Positions 38,214 to 46,035 of a DNA stretch of 59,810 bases are shown here, one piece after another. Each line of letters opens with the position of its first letter. Position 1 is the stretch's first letter. The position numbers and the translations under genes are program-made. The stretch is taken from the NCBI GenBank assembly GCA_020849155.1, contig JADLGU010000302.1:1-59810 (forward strand), read 5' to 3'. Below the pieces are notes generated by a model, which was not told the DNA's origin, searched no databases, and was given only the letters and a program-made list of their open reading frames with translations. This DNA is from Rhodocyclaceae bacterium. GTDB taxonomy: Bacteria > Pseudomonadota > Gammaproteobacteria > Burkholderiales > Rhodocyclaceae.

Positions 38214-38954
38214 CTAGACACCGACTTTGAAGAGAAAGGTCGACGCCAGACCGACCCTATGCGTTTCCGGGAAGTTATCCATTGGATAGCCGTTCCAATC
38301 CCCAAGAATGCTTGCCCTGAATCGATCACGCAAAACGCATTTCAAGCCGCTGCGATTGGCTTGCGACATGAGTTCGTCATGTGAAATGAACCACGTTGGA
38401 ATTGACCCGCTATAGTAGCGCTGTGCTGACGCAAAGGAAGCGCAGGAAACCGCAGGTACGTCCTCAAGCAAAACGAAACGCTTCGCGGCATGGATCGCGC
38501 TGTCAAAAACACCCCGCCAGTCTTCGAAGTATTGCAAGGAACTGCCCATGTACACAATATCCGCCGGCGATTCAGTCGGAATCTTTGAGGTGAATTGAAG
38601 ACCAGGCTCCAGTACGACGCTGGAAGCGGCTGCGCAAACAGCTTCGCGCTCAACTACGGTCCAATCCAGAGATACTTCCGGCAGGCTCGCTTTGACTTGC
38701 AGTAGTGTCGTCGCGCCGCCGCCACCGATGTCGAGAACACTGCAGTGCGACGATCCCATGCCCGCGATCAGGGCGGCAAGCAATGTCCCTCGTTCCGGGA
38801 CGGGCGGCAATGGCAATGCTTGCCCCACAGCCGAATGCCACCTTTCAATCCGCGCCGTTATGGCACGCTGCCACTCCACTCCGTCGTAGGCATTGACTGA
38901 AGAAGGAACTTCCTCAAAGCTGGCGAAAATACCCGTCCATAGCGGACTGTTCAA
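38214..38954 (-). CDS. SAM-dependent methyltransferase (TIGR04325-like)
   Basis: W.G.F.SF, VLDIGGGG, WTVVE, SSLQYFEDW, AQRYY. Confidence 0.75.
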   Translation of the reverse strand: MNSPLWTGIFASFEEVPSSVNAYDGVEWQRAITARIERWHSAVGQALPLPPVPERGTLLAALIAGMGSSHCSVLDIGGGGATTLLQVKASLPEVSLDWTVVEREAVCAAASSVVLEPGLQFTSKIPTESPADIVYMGSSLQYFEDWRGVFDSAIHAAKRFVLLEDVPAVSCASFASAQRYYSGSIPTWFISHDELMSQANRSGLKCVLRDRFRASILGDWNGYPMDNFPETHRVGLASTFLFKVGV

Positions 38955-39015
38955 ACTTAGACCTCCGATTTCTGCCTGCGCTCAGTTGCGGAACGTACCC
39001 TTAAAACACGGTACT

Positions 39016-39999
39016 TCAAATGACATACGATCCAACCCGAAAACGATCTGCGTTTGCACGCACCCACTCGATCGTGCGCCCCAGTCCATCCTCGAGCGCT
39101 ATGTCAGGTGCCCAGTCCGCGAGGTTCCGAGCCAATTTGGTATCGGCCAGAAGACGTTCTACCTCACTGCCTTTGGGTCTGATGCGCTGTTCTTCACACT
39201 CTATCGTAACTTCCCTTCCAATCTGGCGAGCAATTAGCATGGCAAGTTCCCCTATGCTGATTTCCCTGCCGCTACCCAGGTTGATCACCTTGCCGACCGA
39301 CTGCTGACTCGCGGCAATGCGCAGGAACCCTTCAACCGTATCGCTGACAAAGTTCAAGTCTCGCGTCGGATTGAGGTTCCCAAGGCGGACCACATTGCCT
39401 GAGAGACACTGCGTGATCACAGTCGGGATGATGGCGCGCGCCGATTGGCGGGGCCCATAGGTATTAAACGGACGGACGGTTGTGACAGGAAGGCCAAAGG
39501 AAAGGAAATAGGCCTCTGCCATCTTATCGGCGGCAATTTTTGTCGCCGAATAGGGCGACTGGCCCTGAAGCGGATGATTCTCGTCAATAGGCACGTAATG
39601 CGCCGTACCGTAGACCTCACTTGTTGATGTGTGCACAACCCTCTCGATTCCAGAATCGCGCGCGGCCTGCAGCACATTCAGCGTGCCGACCACGTTCGTT
39701 TGAACATAGGAATCGGGGGCATGATATGAATAGGGTATGGCAATTAGTGCTGCCAAGTGAAAGACCTGATCGACATCGCGCATTGCCTGGCGTACGGAAT
39801 CGCGATCGCGGATGTCTCCAAGCATCACTTCCATGTCGCCCTTGCGAGGCGAGCTATCAAGCCAGCCCCAGTTGCCGTCGGAGGTATACCTAACCATCGC
39901 GCGTGTGTGGGCGCCGAGTTCGGCCAATCGCTCGGCGAGATGGCTACCAATGAATCCACCGGCGCCTGTAACAAGTACGCGCTTGCCGTTCCAGTTCAT
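39016..39999 (-). CDS. legB: NDP-GlcNAc 4,6-dehydratase, LegB type
   Basis: VTGAGGFIGSHL, HLAALIAIPYSY.AP.SYV.TN, HTSTSEVYGTA, QSPYSATK, RPFNTYGPRQSARA. Confidence 0.85.
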   Translation of the reverse strand: MNWNGKRVLVTGAGGFIGSHLAERLAELGAHTRAMVRYTSDGNWGWLDSSPRKGDMEVMLGDIRDRDSVRQAMRDVDQVFHLAALIAIPYSYHAPDSYVQTNVVGTLNVLQAARDSGIERVVHTSTSEVYGTAHYVPIDENHPLQGQSPYSATKIAADKMAEAYFLSFGLPVTTVRPFNTYGPRQSARAIIPTVITQCLSGNVVRLGNLNPTRDLNFVSDTVEGFLRIAASQQSVGKVINLGSGREISIGELAMLIARQIGREVTIECEEQRIRPKGSEVERLLADTKLARNLADWAPDIALEDGLGRTIEWVRANADRFRVGSYVI

Positions 40000-41063
40000 C
40001 TTGAGAGTGTCCCGTTCTTCACGTCGGCCTGAGCCTGCACGTAATCCTGATGTTGTCCGATGTCGCGCCAGTATTCCCAGATCGGAAAACTGACGACAGT
40101 CATGCCTCTCTCCATAGCCTCCCGGATCAGATCCGTCATATCGAAATGGATGCCCTTGGGAATGAGGCGGTGCACTTCCGGCTCAAGTAAATAAATACCT
40201 GCATTTACAAAGAACTTGTGCACCGGCTTCTCGACCAAACGGCTGACATGAACACCCTCAGACTCGACCACGCCGTAGGGTACATGTACTTCGTACTGCC
40301 GCACGGCGATAGTCAATGCCGCACAGTGTTCCCGATGGAACGACTGCATGACGCGAAAATCCATTTCGGTAAGGATATCGCCGTTCACGACCAGCAGAGT
40401 CGATTCGGGCTCAGACATCAGTGCCAGCCCGCCAGCGGTCCCAAGTTGGCGATCTTCAGCAATGTATTTCAAATTGACCCCAAAGCCTTGACCATCGCCG
40501 AAATGCTCGGAAATCTTCTCGGCGCGGAAATGCGTCGTCACGCTGACTTGGTGTATGCCCGTTTCGGAGAGCTGGCGGATGATCCTTTCCATGAGGGGGC
40601 GGTCGCCGACCGGCAGCATCGGCTTGGGCATGTCTTCCGTCAGAGGATGCAAGCGCGTACCTCGGCCGCCGGCCATGACTACCGCTTGTAGTGCAAGTTC
40701 ATCCTCTTCCAGTAGATCACTCAGCCGAACCAAGCCAATAACTCTGCCTTGGTCATCAATTTGCGGAATATGGCTTACACCGGTTTCCCGCAGTATGGCA
40801 ACCAATTGGCCGTGGTCTGCGCTAGCCGGTGCTGTAATCGGGTGGGCGCGGCCTTCTCTCGTTTGCAGAATATCGCGAACTGGCGTTGTTTGATCAACAC
40901 CGGCGAGGAAGGCGCGTCGGATATCCCCGTCGGTAATCACTCCAAGCAAACGCTCTTGATCATCGACCACTAACACTATGCCGCGGCGCACTTGTTCGCT
41001 ACGCATCAGAACATCACGCAGGGTTGCGGTCAGTGGAAGAAAGAGGTCGGAGATATCCTTCAT
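39996..41063 (-). CDS. CBS-domain sugar-phosphate nucleotidyltransferase (PtmE/LegX-like)
   Basis: ATG at 41063; LLGVITDGDIRR (CBS), VMAGGRGTRLHPLT..PKPML, LGTAG, VNGDILT, YWRDIG. Confidence 0.88.
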   Translation of the reverse strand: MKDISDLFLPLTATLRDVLMRSEQVRRGIVLVVDDQERLLGVITDGDIRRAFLAGVDQTTPVRDILQTREGRAHPITAPASADHGQLVAILRETGVSHIPQIDDQGRVIGLVRLSDLLEEDELALQAVVMAGGRGTRLHPLTEDMPKPMLPVGDRPLMERIIRQLSETGIHQVSVTTHFRAEKISEHFGDGQGFGVNLKYIAEDRQLGTAGGLALMSEPESTLLVVNGDILTEMDFRVMQSFHREHCAALTIAVRQYEVHVPYGVVESEGVHVSRLVEKPVHKFFVNAGIYLLEPEVHRLIPKGIHFDMTDLIREAMERGMTVVSFPIWEYWRDIGQHQDYVQAQADVKNGTLSR

Positions 41064-41074
41064 CGCGTTTCGTT

Positions 41075-43147
41075 TCAGACTGTGTGACACTGCGCAGGTC
41101 TCACGGTTGCCACTTTATCTTCCCCCCAGGCTGCGCAATAGCGCTCTGCCGCAATAGCGAGTACCCTTTCCCGTGTTTGGCCAACGGCAAAGCCATCAAC
41201 AAGCCACTTGAGATACATGCCCATCCGCTCGGCTGCCCGTCCGTCGCGGAACGGATCTAATTCATCGAGAATAGTTGACCAGTCTGCGAAACCTGGGACA
41301 GCCTTAGAATGGGTGCGACTTTCCAACCAAGTATGCCATAGGGTATTCCAATCTTTGAACACAACTTTTTCGGCATCAAGTCGGCAAAGGGGGCTGGTTG
41401 TCCATCCGTCGTCGTCAAGTAACACGGTGGGAACCCCAGCCAGAGCTGCCTCGCATGCTGCCGTGCCAGACACCAACGAGCCATGCACGGCAAGGTCGGC
41501 TGAAAGCGCTGCCTGCGCAGGGATCACCGACCCCTGCAGCACGCCATCATCATAAACATAGCATCGATCGGTTCTAACCGCTCGATCAAGCAATTCGCAG
41601 ACAGGTCCAAGATGCTGGCGTAGTTTTGCGGGAGTCTTCGGCTTGAGCACCAAGCCGAAATCAGGATACCTAAGCAATGACTCAAAAACGAAAGCATAGT
41701 GTTCTCTCATCCGGTCCGCGCTGATTCCCCAATTGGCGTCCGGATAAGCCGCTTCATCGAAGTAGGCGAGGATAAATTTTGCACCATGACTGTGCAGTGC
41801 TTCGCGTACCCGCAGCGCCTCTGATTGCACAAGGCGAAAACGATGATCGCCAAGGTAGCCGGTCGTCACAAAATGGTCGATGCGCGATCCCGCCTGGGTC
41901 TCGACATCGATACCAGCGCGGGAAAAGCCGAAGTAGATGTCAGTGTTGAGCAGGGTCTTAGCCGTCGGCTCGCCCTCGTAGGAGCGCTGGTAGAGCGCTA
42001 GGGCGCCACCCAACTCTCGCAGTGCTTCGCCGATGACGCAATGGTCGGCATTGTACTTAAACCAGGTGACGAAGACCTTAACGTCCTGCGCGGAGAAGAC
42101 TCGCTTCCAGTAGCGCTTCTGGGCGCGGAACACCGTCCGCTCAGCATCCAGCCAGCCCGTCTCAAGTGGCCGCAGGGCGTCGACCGCAACCCGGCCGGCC
42201 GCAGCCAGGCTCGACAGAATGGCCGGCGCGGTCTGCACCGGTGCGCCGTCACATGCGGCGCCATGGCGTATCGCCAGGCCGCGCAGGCCGTGCCGTGCCA
42301 GCGCCGCCATGCGCCTGCCGTCGAGCGGATCCTGCGGAATGCCGAACAACGCGACAAGGCGCGCTGGTGGAAAATCCGACTGCTGCCAGAAAAAGAAATC
42401 GGAGTAGCACTCGGGACGGTCGAGGTTGAAATGACCATAGTACTGCACAGCGAGGTTTGGGCCGCCAGCTCCGGGCCGGACGGCGCCCCGCCCGCCGCCG
42501 GACAACAGGCACGGCAAACCTTCCTTCAGGAACAGCACATCACGCGCGAGCAGGCGGCGCATGGCACTACGCGTGCGCGGCTCGCGGCCGATCAGGTTTA
42601 TCGCCTCCAGGCCGCATTCCGCGCCATAGGCACGCACGCCCTCCATCCACGGCCAGCGCCGCAGATACAGCGCGACGCGCTCGGCCGCCACTCCGTCGCG
42701 GCGGGCGAACCACAAGGCGACGTGAATGAGGTAAATGGCGCGCCAAAGGCCGGGGCCGGCGGCACCGGCATCCCCGGGCAGGGCCAGCTTGACGGTCCAG
42801 GTCTTCAGCGCCCCAGCATACCGACTGTCGGCGAGAAACCGGTCGAAATCAGGCTGTCGCAGGATGTGGGAAAGTGCCTTCAACATCTCGCCATAATGGG
42901 TGCGCATCCAGATCAGCGTGCCTTCCTCGTCGAACATCCGTGCGGCATCGAAGGTCCATCGCTTAAGCCGCGTGCCGGCGCGCGCGGCCATGCGAAGAGC
43001 GAGGCTTTCGGCGGCGGCGCTGCCCTCCACGTACCAGATCGTCGCCGGCCCGTTGCCAGCACGCCGGATGCGTGGCCACACGTCAGTGAGCCAAGTCCCT
43101 ACCTGAAGCCGCTCGACGAAGAAATAGCGCATGCCTTGCTCAGTCAT
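41075..43147 (-). CDS. Orphan ~690-aa protein with GT-B-like C-terminus (candidate nonulosonyl transferase)
   Basis: ATG at 43147 overlapping the neuC stop; YQRSY, ILAYFDE, LVLKPK, ADLAV....GTAACEAALAGVPTVLL, LDPFRDGRAAERMG. Confidence 0.6.
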   Translation of the reverse strand: MTEQGMRYFFVERLQVGTWLTDVWPRIRRAGNGPATIWYVEGSAAAESLALRMAARAGTRLKRWTFDAARMFDEEGTLIWMRTHYGEMLKALSHILRQPDFDRFLADSRYAGALKTWTVKLALPGDAGAAGPGLWRAIYLIHVALWFARRDGVAAERVALYLRRWPWMEGVRAYGAECGLEAINLIGREPRTRSAMRRLLARDVLFLKEGLPCLLSGGGRGAVRPGAGGPNLAVQYYGHFNLDRPECYSDFFFWQQSDFPPARLVALFGIPQDPLDGRRMAALARHGLRGLAIRHGAACDGAPVQTAPAILSSLAAAGRVAVDALRPLETGWLDAERTVFRAQKRYWKRVFSAQDVKVFVTWFKYNADHCVIGEALRELGGALALYQRSYEGEPTAKTLLNTDIYFGFSRAGIDVETQAGSRIDHFVTTGYLGDHRFRLVQSEALRVREALHSHGAKFILAYFDEAAYPDANWGISADRMREHYAFVFESLLRYPDFGLVLKPKTPAKLRQHLGPVCELLDRAVRTDRCYVYDDGVLQGSVIPAQAALSADLAVHGSLVSGTAACEAALAGVPTVLLDDDGWTTSPLCRLDAEKVVFKDWNTLWHTWLESRTHSKAVPGFADWSTILDELDPFRDGRAAERMGMYLKWLVDGFAVGQTRERVLAIAAERYCAAWGEDKVATVRPAQCHTV

Positions 43148-44315
43148 GGGTAGACAGGTCGACAAATTTCTTGCGCAGCAGACGCTCGTCGAGGGGGATA
43201 TCGCGCAGGGTGGCGGCGATGCGCTCGCTGGCATTCCCGGCGCCGTAGGGGTTGCATAGACCGCGCAGTCCGGCGCGGAAAGCACCGTCCGTGGCGCGCC
43301 TGATGCCGGAGAGGATGTCCTCGGCGGCATAGCCGACGTCGATCACGTTGGCCGCTTTGATGGCGCCGTCCTGTCGGGTGCCGATGTTCACCACGGGCAG
43401 CTCGAATGAAGGCGCCTCGCTGATACCGCTGGAGGAGTTGCCGACCATCGCGGCGGCATGCGCCATGAGGTCCACATAAAGGCGACTACCGGCATTGCGA
43501 AGGAGCCGCACCCGCGTCGGCTGGCGGCTGGCAAAGGCTTCCAGCGCGGCGACGATGCGCGCACTGCCGGCATCGGCATTGGGATAAGTGGCGACGACGG
43601 TGAAGCCCGAGTTGTCCAGCGCCTGCAGCAGCGCGGCAACTTGGTCGTCCTGGGCCGCCGGCTCCAGCGTTACCGGGTGAAAGGTGACCAGCAGGCAGGG
43701 TTGCGCCGGATCGAGGTCCAGTTCGCGGCAGAGTGCCTCGCGCGTGGAGCGCGGATGGCTGTGTATCCGGTCGAGCCGGGCCAAGCCGACGTTGAAGACC
43801 CGCCATGGCTCTTCGCCCATCTGTAGGACGCGCTCGGCATAGGGCTGACAGGAGACGAAGTGCAGGTGGCTCATTTTGGTCAGTGCATGGCGCACACGCT
43901 CGTCGATGGCGCCCTCAGTAACCTTGCCGCCGTAGAGATGGGTCTGCGGAATGTTGAAGGGCAGTGCCGCCAGCGCCGGCGCCAGCATCTCGCTCCTGTC
44001 GCCGAGCAGCACCAACAGGTCGGGCCTTCGCGCGCTGAAAGCACGCGCGAAGGCCTGCACGCCCCGCCCGAGCGCTTCGGCGACGCCCGCCGCATCGTCG
44101 GTTTCCGGGTGCATTGCCAAGCCGGGCTCGCAGGCGTAGCCGGCCGCCTCGATCTCGCGCATGGTCGGGCCGAAACGCGGGTCGAAATGCGCGCCCGACA
44201 CCATCAGGCGCAGCTCCAGCGCCGGGTCGGCCGCAATGCGTTCGAGCAGAGGCTCGTAAAGGCCGAAGTCGGAGCGGCCGACGGTCGCCACCGCGATGCT
44301 GCGCCTCGTCGTCAA
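43140..44315 (-). CDS. neuC: Hydrolysing NDP-N-acetylhexosamine 2-epimerase (NeuC/LegG family)
   Basis: RSDFG, LGDRSE, GAIDERVRHALTK, LVTFHP, YPNADAG, VGNSSSGI.EAP, NIGTRQ, NPYG.G. Confidence 0.9.
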   Translation of the reverse strand: MTTRRSIAVATVGRSDFGLYEPLLERIAADPALELRLMVSGAHFDPRFGPTMREIEAAGYACEPGLAMHPETDDAAGVAEALGRGVQAFARAFSARRPDLLVLLGDRSEMLAPALAALPFNIPQTHLYGGKVTEGAIDERVRHALTKMSHLHFVSCQPYAERVLQMGEEPWRVFNVGLARLDRIHSHPRSTREALCRELDLDPAQPCLLVTFHPVTLEPAAQDDQVAALLQALDNSGFTVVATYPNADAGSARIVAALEAFASRQPTRVRLLRNAGSRLYVDLMAHAAAMVGNSSSGISEAPSFELPVVNIGTRQDGAIKAANVIDVGYAAEDILSGIRRATDGAFRAGLRGLCNPYGAGNASERIAATLRDIPLDERLLRKKFVDLSTHD

Positions 44316-44962
44316 GTCGCCTCCCGCATACGCACGACGCGGGCCGGGTTGCCCGCCGCCACGGCATTCTCAGGTACATCCGACATAACGTTGGCGCCGG
44401 AGGCAATCACGGCGCCGGTGCCGACGCGGTGGCGCGGCCCGACGATGGATGCCCAGCCGATCAGTGCCGCCTCGCCCACGAAAACGTCTGCACCAATTGC
44501 CGAACGCCCGCCGACGAGGCAATCCCTCCCAATCACGACGTCATGACCGATCGATACCGCCTGGCCGATGAAGACGTTATCACCGATCAGCGGATTGTCC
44601 ATCAGAACTGCGCCAGGCAGCACGATAATGCCGCTGCCGAGCTGCACCTCCGGCGCAAGGAATGCGTGCGGGTGAATCACGTTCGCGAGTTCGAAATCGT
44701 GCTCCCGCAGAAACGCAGCCAGCCGCTTGCGCAGGCGCGGCTCGCCGGCGGCAATCACCGCATGGCTGATGCCCCGGCGCCGCAGCTCGGGCAGCATGTC
44801 GTCGGATCCGAGGATCGGCAGCTCGCACAGCGTCTGGCCGTGGCGGGCCGGATTCGCGTCGGTAAAGCCGACCAGATCGACACTGGCGTCGGCCTTGAGC
44901 ATGCCGCCGACCATGCGCGCCGCCGCACCGCCGCCCAGTACCACCACCCGTTTCCTACTCAT
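44312..44962 (-). CDS. NeuD/LegH-family hexapeptide acyltransferase
   Basis: ATG at 44962; VVLGGG, PILGSDD, NVIHP.A, IGHD, AGNPARVV. Confidence 0.88.
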   Translation of the reverse strand: MSRKRVVVLGGGAAARMVGGMLKADASVDLVGFTDANPARHGQTLCELPILGSDDMLPELRRRGISHAVIAAGEPRLRKRLAAFLREHDFELANVIHPHAFLAPEVQLGSGIIVLPGAVLMDNPLIGDNVFIGQAVSIGHDVVIGRDCLVGGRSAIGADVFVGEAALIGWASIVGPRHRVGTGAVIASGANVMSDVPENAVAAGNPARVVRMREAT

Positions 44963-46022
44963 CGGCGAACCCACCAATGCGGTCCCAGGTGATCGGATCG
45001 CCGGCGGCGATGGACTTGGCCGCCACCCGCCCGACGACGAGGTCGAGGAAGTCCTCGCCCAGGCCGGTGCCCGGCCGCTTGAAAGTGACCATGTCGACCT
45101 GCAGCCGTTCTCCGGCGGCGATGTCACGCTCGGCGACAAGGCTGCGGCGCATCAGCTGCATGTTGCGGCGCTCCAGTTCGGTTGGCCGCTTGCGCGGTTC
45201 GCCGAGCGCCTGCTCCACCTTGCGGATGCCATCGACCATCCGGCGCAGCTCCGGCGGCTCCAGCGAGGCCTTGTGGTCGGGCCCGGCCAGGGTTCGGTCA
45301 AGGGTGAAATGCTTTTCGACGATGCAGGCGCCGAGGGCGGCGGCGGCAATCGGAATGTCGATGCCTTCGGAATGGTCCGAGAAGCCGACCGGCAACCCGA
45401 ACGCCGCCTTCAGGGTCAGCATGGCGCGCAGGTTGATCTGGTCGGGCGGCGCGGGATAGGCCGTGGTGCAGTGGAGCAGCGCCACCGGCGGATCGCCGTG
45501 TCCGGCCAAGATGTCGAGCGCCTTCTCGACTTCGCCGAGCTTGCTGCCGCCTGTCGACAGGATCACCGGCAGGCCCGTGCCCGCCGCCTTCCGCAGCAGG
45601 GAATAGTAGACCACGGCGGCAGAGTCGATCTTGAGCGCCGGCACGCCGAGCCCGACGAGAAAGTCGATGTCCTCGCGGTGCCCCTTCGACATGAAGACGA
45701 TGCCGCGGCGTCGCGCATGCTCGGAGATGGCGTGGAAGTCGTCGTCGGACAGCTCGAGGCGCTTGAGCATCTCGAACATGGTCTGGCTGTCGCCGCCGCC
45801 GGTCTTCTGATAGTCGGCCTTGGCGGCACGGCGCGTGACCACGCGTTCGGTCTTGAAGGTCTGAAACTTGACCACGTCGGCACCGGCCTCGGTCGCCGCG
45901 TCCACCAGCCGCAGCGCCATGTCGAGGCTGCCGTTATGATTGACGCCCGCCTCGGCGATAACCAGGCAGGGCTGGCCCTCGCCAACGCGCCGGCCACCAA
46001 TGCTGAATGACTGTCCCGTCAT
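44955..46022 (-). CDS. neuB: Nonulosonic acid synthase (NeuB/LegI family) with C-terminal AFP-like domain
   Basis: IAEAGVNHNG, VKFQTF, LHCTTAYP, GFSDHS, EKHFTLD, GPDHKASLEP, KRPGTG. Confidence 0.92.
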   Translation of the reverse strand: MTGQSFSIGGRRVGEGQPCLVIAEAGVNHNGSLDMALRLVDAATEAGADVVKFQTFKTERVVTRRAAKADYQKTGGGDSQTMFEMLKRLELSDDDFHAISEHARRRGIVFMSKGHREDIDFLVGLGVPALKIDSAAVVYYSLLRKAAGTGLPVILSTGGSKLGEVEKALDILAGHGDPPVALLHCTTAYPAPPDQINLRAMLTLKAAFGLPVGFSDHSEGIDIPIAAAALGACIVEKHFTLDRTLAGPDHKASLEPPELRRMVDGIRKVEQALGEPRKRPTELERRNMQLMRRSLVAERDIAAGERLQVDMVTFKRPGTGLGEDFLDLVVGRVAAKSIAAGDPITWDRIGGFADE

Positions 46023-46035
46023 GTCCTCTCCCTCT

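Larger units (their letters stand above)
24650..42000. other. Lower-GC island within the glycan locus (boundaries approximate)
   Basis: Hand-counted 60-nt lines: 34321-34380 has 25/60 G+C and 41341-41400 has 29/60, versus 49/60 at 16561-16620 and 45/60 at 42241-42300. Confidence 0.75.

Noticed and set aside
24650-42000. Mobile element, prophage or integrative island
   Set aside because: Lower GC, but no integrase, transposase, tRNA target, terminal repeats or phage genes seen
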